Positions 27,560 to 36,586 of a stretch of 64,000 bases of DNA are shown piece after piece (positions within the stretch are counted from its first letter, which is position 1; every line of letters starts with the position of its first letter). The translations under genes were made by a program, and so were the position numbers. This stretch comes from Vicinamibacterales bacterium (lineage in GTDB: Bacteria > Acidobacteriota > Vicinamibacteria > Vicinamibacterales > SCN-69-37). Location: the NCBI GenBank assembly GCA_038319675.1, contig JBBQDM010000008.1, positions 59,185 through 123,184 of the forward strand. The letters run 5' to 3'. The notes under the pieces are model-generated. The model made no database searches. It was given only the letters and a program-made list of their open reading frames with translations, and was not told the DNA's origin.

Positions 27560-28015
27560 TCAGGACCCTGCCAGTCCGCCTCTCGACCGTTCGGCTGGCA
27601 CCGGCCCCAACAGCAAGTCCCCGCCGCCACCCTTCTTGCGTGGATATCGCGCCCTGAACTGTTTGACCGCGGCCTCGCTCACATCCGAGGCGTAGCACAT
27701 GGGAGAGGCACCGCCGGGGCGGCTGTACGCGCTCCTCGCGCCGCAACTCCGCCCAGCACGGTCTCGATTGAACGGGCAAGGGCAGCTACCGGCATGCCCT
27801 GCAATCGATCGCGCGACGAGTGCCCCTTTGGCCTCGTCATCGGTCGCGTCGGCCACCGTCACACAGGCTTCGGCCCGCTTGAGGAAACCATCGTTACAAG
27901 TCCATCCGCCGCGCCCATCCGACTTGGCGTTGACAGGAAGGCCGCGCTGCGCCTCAGAGGCTCCAACTGAGGCCGCGAGGAACGCGAGCAACACGAAGAG
28001 GCGCAGCCTGAGCAT
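27560..28015 (-). CDS. Secreted protein, unknown
   Basis: Has the signal peptide MLRLRLFVLLAFLAASVGASEA and the Cys-containing motif GSCPCPFNRDRAGRSCGARSAY. Confidence 0.55.
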   Translation of the reverse strand: MLRLRLFVLLAFLAASVGASEAQRGLPVNAKSDGRGGWTCNDGFLKRAEACVTVADATDDEAKGALVARSIAGHAGSCPCPFNRDRAGRSCGARSAYSRPGGASPMCYASDVSEAAVKQFRARYPRKKGGGGDLLLGPVPAERSRGGLAGS

Positions 28016-28041
28016 GAGGATTCCTCGAACGTCAACCGCGG

Positions 28042-28251
28042 CTATCGGTTGTGACAGCTAGGTGAGCAGATCTTGCAGCCGTCTGCTGTGGGGTAGGTGA
28101 GTTTCGCCTTGGCCACCGCACTCTGGCAAATTGCATGCTCGCCGAGGGCCACCCGGTTGACCGGATCCGGCAGTTCTAAGCAGGTTTCGAGATTATGGAC
28201 TTCATGCTCGCCTTCGGGTTGAGCATTCCTATTGACGCAGTACAGTGCCAT
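28042..28251 (-). CDS. Small conserved-type hypothetical (EVH...C...GC.IC..CH motif)
   Basis: MALYCVNRNAQPEGEHEVHNLETC...DGCKICSPSCH. A paralog-like gene lies at 50312-50542. Confidence 0.5.
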   Translation of the reverse strand: MALYCVNRNAQPEGEHEVHNLETCLELPDPVNRVALGEHAICQSAVAKAKLTYPTADGCKICSPSCHNR

Positions 28252-28555
28252 TTTGTCTCCTCGCGATAGATGTCGCCCATCAGAAAATGCACTCAGTAGC
28301 GGCCGGATGGGTCGCCTAGTCTAGCTGGACGCCGCAGTATAGTCTTAGTGTTCGTTCATTTCAAGCGCTCGGCTGAGGCGCACCGCCCCAGCTATACAGC
28401 TCTTGCCCAGGTAGGTGTATTGTCATTTCCAGCGTGTTCACTGTGCGCCCCGGGCGAACGCTATTTGGCGTCTTCCTGCCATCCATATAGTCTCGTGCTA
28501 CAATTCGCCGCCTATTAGGCTTACCAGGAGTAACCCGATTCCCTTTTACAACTAT

Positions 28556-29743
28556 TTGCGCACTAAAGTCCGTGACTCCAGTGAGCGCCAGAGGGCGATC
28601 GCGAATCTTTCAGCGCTTCGAGGGCAGCTTGACGCTAGCGTGCCCAACAAGGATTCAGACGACAACCTCTTGCTGGCGACCTGGAACATCCGCGATTTCG
28701 GAAAACCCGGCATACGCAGAGGTTGGGGCAGACGCTTGCCCGAAACCTGGTTTTACATTGCAGAGGTCATTTCTCGCTTCGACTTCGTGGCCGTGCAGGA
28801 AATCGGCTCGATCCGCCCTGAATGGGAGCACGTCATGGATATCCTCGGCCATTCGTGGCGGTACTTGGCATCAGATATCGGCCATACCGGCCTGTGATCG
28901 AACGGGGAGCGGCTAACCTATGTTTACGACACCCGCAAAGTGTCATTTCAGTGCATCGTCGGCGAGATCGTCTTGCCGCCGAAGATGCTGATCAGTCAGA
29001 CCACCGCCAGCGTCGACGGGAAGAAGGTCACGGCTGGCAAGCAGTTCACTCGTGCTCCCTTCTTTGCGTCGTTCCAAGCGGGGTGGTTCAAGTTTGACAT
29101 CTGCACCGTGCACCTCTACTACGGTTCTGCGTCGGGCGCAAAGCTGGAACAGCGGATCGAAGAAATCGACCGTATTGCGAAGTTCCTGAGCACAGAAGCG
29201 GACCGCGCGCTTGGCGCCGAGCGAGCGCTGATCCTGCTCGGGGATTTCAATATCGTCAGCCCCGAACACCGGACGATGGAGGCGCTGACTCAACACGGGT
29301 TTGTGGTACCTAAGGCTCTGCAGGAGAAGCCGTCGACACCTACGGCAAAGCACTATGACCAGGTCGCGTTCAAGACGAAACCCGACGTCATCGAATACAC
29401 AGAACGCAAATCCAATGATCCGCTTCAACGCAACGCCGGGGTGATTTCTCTTTTCGACTCCATTTTCTCAGACGCGCAGTTCAAGGACTACCGCGAGCGT
29501 GTTGCCCTGGACAGCACAGCGGGCAAGAAGGCTGATACGGCGGCCAAGCTCCGTGCGGCACATCAGCAATGGCGAACGTACCAATTTTCTGACCACTATC
29601 CGATGTGGGTGAGGCTTCGGGCCGACGACAGCGACGCCTATTTGGAGCGCCTGCGGCGGAGACTTCCAGGGGCTAGCAGACTACGGTGGTTGCTTTGTGG
29701 CACAACGTCGGGGCCAGGAACGCCGGAAGGTCGGATGGCGTGA
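28556..29743 (+). pseudogene. Endonuclease/exonuclease/phosphatase (EEP, DNase I-like) family gene interrupted by an in-frame TGA
   Basis: ORFs 28415-28897 and 28940-29743 are in the same frame. TGA at 28895-28897 sits inside ...DIGHTGL*SNGERLTYVYDTRKV.... EEP motifs are LLLATWNIRDFG, FVAVQEI, LGDFN and SDHYPMW. The start is uncertain. Confidence 0.7.
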
Positions 29744-29862
29744 TTCTCGAAGCTGAAGGTCGCTCGGCGGTCAACGCCAAGACTTGACGAAGATGTGCGA
29801 GCCTTTGTCGCTTCTTCCGACCACAAACAACATCGTGGGGTTGGCAACGATGAGTATACGCG

Positions 29863-30204
29863 ATGACGAATGGGGGCAAGGTATTTTGTGTTGCGGTGAT
29901 GATGCTGGGGCTCTACGTGTACGGGAGGTCAGGCCAAGGCATCGAAAGCGCGATTGAGGCCGAGTCCTACGTTGGTGTCTTCTCGAGCCCGCAGGTATTC
30001 CTAGCGGCTCCAGGCGGCAGTGCGACCAGCATCAATTTGCGTCGAGGTCCTGGCCGCGAATTCCGCGCATTCAGCGAGGCCAAGCGCGGAGTTCGTCTTA
30101 TTGGCACCGCGAGGAGACTCGATTCTGAGGGTGCTTCGTGGATCGAATTGGAATCGGGACAGGGGTTCGCCAAGGAATCAGTCTTGGTGAAAGAAGTGAA
30201 ATGA
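29863..30204 (+). CDS. Membrane-anchored SH3b-like domain protein
   Basis: Has an N-terminal TM (VFCVAVMMLGLYVY) and an SH3-like segment INLRRGPGREFRAF...GASWIELESGQGF. Confidence 0.5.
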   Translation: MTNGGKVFCVAVMMLGLYVYGRSGQGIESAIEAESYVGVFSSPQVFLAAPGGSATSINLRRGPGREFRAFSEAKRGVRLIGTARRLDSEGASWIELESGQGFAKESVLVKEVK

Positions 30205-31542
30205 GCTCAACCACTGCGCCAGGGGTCACAGACTCCGTCGATTTTTTTGGCACCGCGTGTGTCATGCCCAGGCCATGGACACTTGGGTGGTTCGGTCGCA
30301 TCTTCTTCTACTCTTCGATTGGGACGCTGTTGATTTTGGCGAACTTCCCGAAGTTCCTGACGACGTTGGTCATGGTCAACGTTTCGAATCCGGACTGGCA
30401 GGCTGCACTCCTTGCGCCTCTTCAGGTTGTCGAAAGCACGCTTGGGCTGGTCATCGGCGGCCAGCCCCTCCAATTCTTCGAAAGAACAATGACGGCCGCA
30501 CTCTTGTTCTCGTGGCTCTTCTTTGGCACCTTGACCCTTTTCTGCGTGCGGCGCAGGAGCTTTCGAATGCTCTTGTATTCAGGGATGGGCCTCATCGCTG
30601 GTTTCTTCGTCTTGCACATGGCGGCTTGGATTGCCGCGACAGTGGTGGTCACGGTCAGTGGTGTCATTTACGTCGGACGCTGGGTCGCTGGCGGGATTGA
30701 GGCTATCGTCGGATTTCTGGTGTCGAACGGATGGGTGTTCGGCGGGCTTGGATTGCTGGTCGCCATAGCGCTGCTGCGCTCACAATTCGCTCTGATGCCG
30801 CGACTATTTGCGCGTTATTTCGTTCAGATCTTCGGCGGTGTTGCCCTGGTGGTTGTCTTGGCCTTCGCGGTCCCGGCATTTTATAACTGGGTCATCGCTC
30901 CTGTCCTGAGGTTCTTCTGGAGGTTGTTGACGCCCTTGCTTGCGTGGGGAGGGAGCCTGGCTGTTCCGTTGGATCGCGGCTGTGGTCGCCACAGTCGTCG
31001 TCGTGGCCGGTGGACTGTTTACCCTGGCTATTGCATTGGCGGCGCTGGGCAGTTTGCTCGTATCGCAACTTCAAGCAGGTTGGCACGCGGCGCGAAGCAA
31101 TCGGCATGCCTTGATCGCCGGCTTTGCAATTGGCGGATGCTTGGGATTCGTTGTGCTCGTGAGCATCGCAACGCCCGGCGTAGCCCTCGCGCTGAACGCG
31201 GGTTGGGACAACGTGTTAGGCCTCGTCGGGTTCGGAAAGGAGTCTGCGTCAACATTTATGACTGATGCGTTTCAAAGTTTGCTGCCCGGAACCGTTACAG
31301 GCTTCGCCTTCACGCATCTGACTGATATACAAGCACCGGCCTTGGATGGTCTCGTTTTCGCGACGGTAATGGCCGCAGCCTTCGTGAGTGGCGTGAATAG
31401 ATTGTTCTCGTCTACCGCTGCCCAGATCGAAGAGGTCCCGGTGAAGTTTATCGTCCTGGAGTTCGGCAAAATGGCTCTGGGGACTCTTGCCGCTGTGCTC
31501 CTGGTCTTTCTGGCGGCCGTCACCGGTGATTCGGACGCCTAA
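30201..31542 (+). CDS. Polytopic membrane protein, apparently split by a +1 frameshift near 30940-30955
   Basis: An ATGA overlap joins it to the SH3b gene. Frame 0 turns Arg-rich after ...LLAWGG, while frame +1 (open from 30931) continues TM-rich to 31542. The junction lies in the G-runs GCGTGGGGAGGGAG. Confidence 0.5.
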
Positions 31543-31639
31543 ATGGGACTCCGTCAGAAGCTCACTTGGTGCCCGGGGTCATTGACCCATTCTTTCTAGA
31601 GGGGCGTCGATCTCCCCGCCGCCGGTGCCACTTAGTCTG

Positions 31640-31876
31640 TCAGGAGAGCTCCTCTTCACGACGAGCCGCCGCAAAAGACGCCTCCGGTCGCTCCGCCGAG
31701 CGCATGGGAACCAACGGGTACACAATCCGGGTACTTGGGAACACGTTACCCATACAGGTGTCGCATTCCACCGTCGGCGCGTCTTGAATATCCTCGAAAG
31801 CACGCCGCAAAGCTATTCCGCAGCGCCCACAATTCAAGTGGAGGAATATCATCACATGTCTCCTTGCATTTTCCAT
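31640..31876 (-). CDS. Small zinc-ribbon-like protein
   Basis: Has CGRC...CDTC pairs and lies downstream of the membrane gene on the same strand. Confidence 0.35.
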   Translation of the reverse strand: MENARRHVMIFLHLNCGRCGIALRRAFEDIQDAPTVECDTCMGNVFPSTRIVYPLVPMRSAERPEASFAAARREEELS

Positions 31877-31916
31877 ACCGTGACCGTCCCCTGTCGCAGA
31901 GCATGAGGTTCTGACG

Positions 31917-33419
31917 CTAGCGAGAAGAGCGACGAGCAGGTGCCGGCCCAGAAACCGACCTTTCCAATCCCAGCGCACGGCGAGAGGCCCGAACTGGACC
32001 CAGAGCTGCGATCAAGAGAACAAGAACAACTTGCACCACAGCTGCGGAAAGGTCGCCAACCGAGTGGACCTGAGGCTGGACGGCGGCGCTATCAAATTGC
32101 GGGAGTTCAGAGTGCGGTCGGACTGCATGCCAGAAGTGGGTCCACGAGACCGATGTGTCATTCCAAGGTAGCCTCAAATTCAAGGTGCCTCGGTCGTCGA
32201 AGAGCTTCCGATTGAGAGCGACCTCGTGGGCCGCAATCGCATCTTCCCACTCCCTTCGAGCCTCCCACCCTTGTCCGCTGATGTCTGCCAGCGAAGACTG
32301 GAGCAGAGTGCCTGGAGTCAGCCTCAGAATGAACCGAACCGCGCCAAGCCAGCGCCGTTGATCGGCCAACCAGGACCTCAAAGTCTCGTCAGCCTGCGCA
32401 CGAGCAGCGCGCATTTCCTTCCTCCACTCTTGTTCGATATGGGGAAACGCGGCCGTGGCGGCTCGGTCCAACTCGAATACTGAGGCGGAAGGTGGAGCGG
32501 ACGCCACCAACTGCTCGACCAAGCGCTGCTCGGCTATGCGCTGCTGGTCGGCGTAAGTCTCGCGCCGTTCCTGCTCCATTCGCACACCGGGCGTCGCATT
32601 CGTTGCGAATCCTGCTATCGCTGAGAAGAACTGTGGTCCCAATAGGATGAGCACGGTCCACGTAGCGGCCGTCATCGCTGTGGCGGCAATCGGACTGCGG
32701 GTAAGTCCAGCAACCGCCGCACCGATACCGAACATGGTTGCCAGATACCCCCATACAAAGAAAACTGTCGGCCACAACGAGACGGCAAGATCGTGCTCAG
32801 GGCCGAGCAGTCGCGCCGCGAACACCAAAACAGCCGTCACCCAGACCATGGAGATCAGCGCCAAGGTTAGGCATCCGGCAAATAGAATTGCGCCGGTCAG
32901 CTGCCAGTCCGGCACAGGAAACACCGTCGGCAGTCGCAGCCAGCCGTGCTCGCGGTCGATAGAAACCATCCAGAATCCAAGGGACATCCCCAGCAACCCG
33001 CCGAGGACTCGGATCACCGCCTCGGGATCAGTCAGCACATCAAGGGCACCGAGAGGATCCTGGGAAGAGTAAGGCGCGCGCGACTCTGCACCTGCCGGCC
33101 CAAAGTCCCACCCGGACGGAATAGTAGGCTCGACGCCCGCAATCAGTAGGGAGGCTGGATTCGGCGGCCGGAGAACGCGGAGTGAGCGATCCAACTGTCT
33201 CCCACTCGGCCCGACCGCTGACTGCAGACGAAGGCGGAGGCGCTCCTGAAGTTCGACGGAGTACCGGTCGAGAGCATCCTGGTAAGCCGAGTGCCTCGAT
33301 GCGGTCGCAGAAAAGGAGCTGAGAATGCATATGAAAAACATCCCCCACAACCACCAGGCATAGAGTGCCTGCAGGAAATGGGCACGAACGAGGCCGAGGT
33401 AGCCGACAAATCGCGTCAT
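31917..33419 (-). CDS. Multi-TM membrane protein (ABC-2-type permease-like impression)
   Basis: The start MTRFVGYLGL overlaps the upstream stop (ATGA). It has an N-terminal TM, a long extracytoplasmic segment and a C-proximal TM bundle. Confidence 0.55.
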   Translation of the reverse strand: MTRFVGYLGLVRAHFLQALYAWWLWGMFFICILSSFSATASRHSAYQDALDRYSVELQERLRLRLQSAVGPSGRQLDRSLRVLRPPNPASLLIAGVEPTIPSGWDFGPAGAESRAPYSSQDPLGALDVLTDPEAVIRVLGGLLGMSLGFWMVSIDREHGWLRLPTVFPVPDWQLTGAILFAGCLTLALISMVWVTAVLVFAARLLGPEHDLAVSLWPTVFFVWGYLATMFGIGAAVAGLTRSPIAATAMTAATWTVLILLGPQFFSAIAGFATNATPGVRMEQERRETYADQQRIAEQRLVEQLVASAPPSASVFELDRAATAAFPHIEQEWRKEMRAARAQADETLRSWLADQRRWLGAVRFILRLTPGTLLQSSLADISGQGWEARREWEDAIAAHEVALNRKLFDDRGTLNLRLPWNDTSVSWTHFWHAVRPHSELPQFDSAAVQPQVHSVGDLSAAVVQVVLVLLIAALGPVRASRRALGLERSVSGPAPARRSSR

Positions 33420-33919
33420 CTCGCACCATCGGCAGTTGGAGGAAGGCTCAACGCGCCCAGCGACAATGCATCCTCCGCACGGTCGGTCACGATGAAAATG
33501 TGGCGGTGGTGCGCAAGCGATTCCCTTAGCAGACGCCCGAACTGGGCGCGGCCTTTCGGACCAACTTCTACCAGGGGATCTAGAATCGCCAACACCGGCG
33601 ACACCGTTAGGCGGGCGATCGCAAGCCAAGTGAAAGACCGCAGTTGAGCGTCCAGGTGCCGAGCCGGCTGGCCTAGAAAATGATCCGGAATCTCAAGCGT
33701 TCTGAGCACCTTCCGAATGCTCTCGGTGGTTGGAGTCGTTCCGCCGAGCTGGCAGTAGATCCGGCAGTTGGCGACAGGGGTCAGTCGCTCGAGCAGTGGA
33801 GCAGTGGGAGGTGTGACGAGCACCCGCCGCCCACCAGCCTTGGCGGCCGTTAGGACCTTCGACGCCCTCTCGTCTGAACACCACCAGAGCCCTGCGCCGG
33901 TTTCCAGCCACTCAGGCAT
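33416..33919 (-). CDS. Degenerate ABC-ATPase-like protein (no recognisable Walker A)
   Basis: The segment HLDAQLRSFTWLAIARLTVSPVLAILDPLVEVGPKG resembles the ABC signature/Walker B region with catalytic residues replaced. Confidence 0.4.
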   Translation of the reverse strand: MPEWLETGAGLWWCSDERASKVLTAAKAGGRRVLVTPPTAPLLERLTPVANCRIYCQLGGTTPTTESIRKVLRTLEIPDHFLGQPARHLDAQLRSFTWLAIARLTVSPVLAILDPLVEVGPKGRAQFGRLLRESLAHHRHIFIVTDRAEDALSLGALSLPPTADGAR

Positions 33920-33929
33920 CGCCACGTGG

Positions 33930-34520
33930 CTATTGTGGCCTAGAAGACGGCTCCTCGTTTGCTCTGTGAATCGGCTGTAATCCTGGCAGGTTGACGCCAA
34001 AGAGATCTTCAACCTGGCGGGCGATGCGACCCGAATACGCGCCCGACCAGTCGTGGGTCACGACCCCGTCGGCTCCGATGGCAATGGTGCGAGGTGTGCC
34101 GCCCAAGTTGAGTGCTCGCACGGCACTGCTATCAAGCTGCTCGATAACCTCGACCTGCAGGCCTCTCGTCTCGGCATATGACCGAACGCCGGCCTCTGTG
34201 GTCACGACAACGACCTTATAACGTCCCTCGGCAGCTCGCGCTACAGCTTCTAGATTGCTCCAGTTGCGTTCGCACCATGAGCAGGCCGTGCTGAAGTGGT
34301 AGACGATGGTCGGCACTGAGCCTTTAAGCTGGACTTCGACAGTTTGGCCGGAAATCGACTTCCCGCCGATTGCGGACAGCTGCTTGCTCACCAAACTGAC
34401 TGGCGTCGCGGAGCGATTCACCAGCGCGAGGATCTTCTGTGCCTGAAGCACGTTGACCCCCATCGACACGATGAGCAACAACATCACCACCGGCATCCAA
34501 ATCGACGGACGAATTCGCAT
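33930..34520 (-). CDS. Membrane-anchored TlpA/redoxin-like thiol-disulfide oxidoreductase
   Basis: Has an N-terminal TM and the thioredoxin motif FSTACSWCERNW (CSWC). GGAGG lies upstream of the ATG at 34520. Confidence 0.75.
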   Translation of the reverse strand: MRIRPSIWMPVVMLLLIVSMGVNVLQAQKILALVNRSATPVSLVSKQLSAIGGKSISGQTVEVQLKGSVPTIVYHFSTACSWCERNWSNLEAVARAAEGRYKVVVVTTEAGVRSYAETRGLQVEVIEQLDSSAVRALNLGGTPRTIAIGADGVVTHDWSGAYSGRIARQVEDLFGVNLPGLQPIHRANEEPSSRPQ

Positions 34521-34544
34521 CTAAAACCTCCACTGCCTGTCTCT

Positions 34545-34559
34545 GCAAGGCCGGGGCCA
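34545..34559 (-). promoter_or_regulatory. Sigma-54 (-24/-12) promoter for the oxidoreductase operon
   Basis: The minus strand reads TGGCCC-CGGCC-TTGCA with correct GG/GC spacing, about 25 nt upstream of the ATG at 34520. Confidence 0.6.
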
Positions 34560-34601
34560 TATTTGCCTCCGCCAATGCAACCTCCAGAAGCAAAAGACAG
34601 C

Positions 34602-34625
34602 GCAATCGATTGCAGCCCGGCTGCA
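34602..34625. promoter_or_regulatory. Overlapping palindromes, candidate enhancer (UAS) for the sigma-54 activator
   Basis: GCAATCGATTGC (a perfect 12-bp palindrome, 34602-34613) overlaps TGCAGCC-C-GGCTGCA (7-1-7, 34611-34625), between the two divergent -24/-12 elements. Confidence 0.5.
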
Positions 34626-34686
34626 AGAATCTGCAGGCACCGGACGGAGACGACCGTGAAAGCGCTGAATGGTGTCGTCCACCACC

Positions 34687-34701
34687 TGGCACCGTCGTTG
34701 C
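34687..34701 (+). promoter_or_regulatory. Sigma-54 (-24/-12) promoter for the Cys-rich peptide gene
   Basis: TGGCAC-CGTCG-TTGC is an exact consensus, ending 13 nt before the ATG at 34715. Confidence 0.7.
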
Positions 34702-34714
34702 TCTAGCCGACTGT

Positions 34715-34957
34715 ATGAACAAACTCCCCAGTCGTGGAATCGCTCTTCTGATGGTGACCTGCCTGCTTGCGATTGGCTGGTCCAGTTTGTCACTGCGGGC
34801 TGAGCCAGAGGCTCTTTTGTTGTGTTGCGGGGGGCTCGGCGATTGTGAGTCTGGGAAAATCTGTTGCCATCCGGACGGTCTCGGCCTGGACCCCTGCGAC
34901 GACGATGACCGCCCAGGGTACTGCATGGCGACCTGTGTCCCGCCGGCGGTCACGTAA
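34715..34957 (+). CDS. Small secreted Cys-rich peptide (80 aa)
   Basis: The internal Met gives the signal peptide MNKLPSRGIALLMVTCLLAIGWSSLSLRA. The mature part has CCGGLGDCESGKICC...C...C...C. The transcript would be near-leaderless. Confidence 0.65.
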   Translation: MNKLPSRGIALLMVTCLLAIGWSSLSLRAEPEALLLCCGGLGDCESGKICCHPDGLGLDPCDDDDRPGYCMATCVPPAVT

Positions 34958-35170
34958 TGGACGGCGGATCAGAGAGGAAGGGGAAGGTCCTGCTGTTCCA
35001 GACAGCTGATGAGCTTGCTCTCTTGGGAGCGGCAGCCAGACTTTACGAACTACAGGTCGAGTTGGCGGAACTCAAGTCGTTCGTGCGCCAGGCGCAATCC
35101 GAGTTGCCGCAGTCTGTTACGGGACCTCGTAAAGATGACTGGCGCTCGACTGCTCGTGTTCATGTCGGCC

Positions 35171-36586
35171 TCAGCGGCCACTAATCCCATTCTCGATGAG
35201 TTCATTACCTTCTGATGCCTCGTCAAGTCGGTGTTGCTTCAGTTTATAGAACAGAGAGCGCTGACTAATGCCGAGCGCTACGGCCGCAGCAGCGCGGTTG
35301 CCCTCAAATCGACGGAGAGCAGCCTGGATCAATCGGCGATCAGCGTCGGCTCGCGCTGTCTTTAGGTGTTGGTCCTTTCCACTAGGTAATGGGAGGTTCG
35401 GTATTGTTTCCGCTGATGTCTCCAAAAGATCCTGTGGCAAGTCGAGCTCACCAATCATTGCACCATCGGCCATGATCGCACCGTGCTTGAGAACGTTCAA
35501 AAGTTCACGCACGTTCCCCGGCCATCCGTGCTGCTGCAGGCGACGAAGGGCTTTTGGCTTCAGACCGAGAATGGTCGTCCGGCACTCAGCATTGACCGCC
35601 TGGAGAAGATGGTCGATCAAAAGTGGTAGGTCCTCGATGCGTTCGCGGAGCGGGGGCATCTCGACGGAGAAAACCTTCAGGCGCCAGAACAGATCCTCGC
35701 GGAATCGCCCCGCACGCACCTCGTCCGAAAGATTCTTGTGGCTGGCGGCGACCACCCTGACGTCGACCGCGACGGCCTTGCTTCCTCCGAGACGAACAAC
35801 TTCTTTTTCCTGAAGGACGCGCAAGAGTTTTACCTGAAGATCAATTGGGAGGTCTGCAATCTCGTCGAAGAACACTGTGCCTCGTTGCGCACGTTCGAAA
35901 ATCCCGCGCCGATCCTCCCGGGCGTCGGTGAACGCTCCTTTTTCATGGCCAAAGAGCTCGCTCTCGGCGGTGGTAGGAAGGATCGCGCCACAGTTAACCG
36001 GCACAAATGGTCCAGCAGCTCTCGCGCTACGCTGGTGAACTAAGCGGGCGGCGAGCTCCTTACCCGTCCCGCTCTCGCCGGACAGCAGCACGGTTACATC
36101 ACTTCCAGCCACTCGGGACAAGCGGCCTACCGCCACGCGAATCGACTCGCTGCGCCCAACAATGCCGGAAAATGAGGTCTGTGCTTCGAGTTGCTCCTCG
36201 AGTTCAACAACGCGCGCGCTCATTCTTCGATGGTTGAGCGCGCGCTCGATTTTGAGAACCAGTTCGTCGTTGTCGAAGGGTTTCGGGAGGTAGTCAAAGC
36301 CGCCTGTCCGGATCGCTTCGACGGCGGAGGCAATGGAGCCGTGAGCCGTGATGAACACCGCGACTACACCTGGACTGAATGCCTTGATGGCAGCGAGCGT
36401 CTCCACTCCGGACATGCCAGGCAGCGCGATATCCAAGACGAGCGCGTCGTACGGCTCCAGCCGATAAGCTTCAACGGCCGCCTCCCCGTTATCAGCCGTC
36501 TCTACAAAATAGCCGGCGGTCCTGAGAACTATGCTAATGGCCTCACGTAGGTGCGGCTCGTCGTCAACGATCAGAATGCGGGGCAT
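35171..36586 (-). CDS. NtrC-family sigma-54-dependent response regulator (REC-AAA+-Fis HTH)
   Basis: Has ILIVDDE...DALVLDIALPGMSG (REC), GESGTGKE, the GAFTDA loop, and a C-terminal HTH (AAAVALGISQRSLFYKLK). Confidence 0.9.
   Translation of the reverse strand: MPRILIVDDEPHLREAISIVLRTAGYFVETADNGEAAVEAYRLEPYDALVLDIALPGMSGVETLAAIKAFSPGVVAVFITAHGSIASAVEAIRTGGFDYLPKPFDNDELVLKIERALNHRRMSARVVELEEQLEAQTSFSGIVGRSESIRVAVGRLSRVAGSDVTVLLSGESGTGKELAARLVHQRSARAAGPFVPVNCGAILPTTAESELFGHEKGAFTDAREDRRGIFERAQRGTVFFDEIADLPIDLQVKLLRVLQEKEVVRLGGSKAVAVDVRVVAASHKNLSDEVRAGRFREDLFWRLKVFSVEMPPLRERIEDLPLLIDHLLQAVNAECRTTILGLKPKALRRLQQHGWPGNVRELLNVLKHGAIMADGAMIGELDLPQDLLETSAETIPNLPLPSGKDQHLKTARADADRRLIQAALRRFEGNRAAAAVALGISQRSLFYKLKQHRLDEASEGNELIENGISGR

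Noticed and set aside
34610-34714. The longer N-terminus (MQPGCKNLQ...) for the Cys-rich peptide ORF.
   Set aside because: It would start upstream of the exact sigma-54 -24/-12 element and lacks a signal peptide. The internal Met at 34715 gives a canonical signal sequence.
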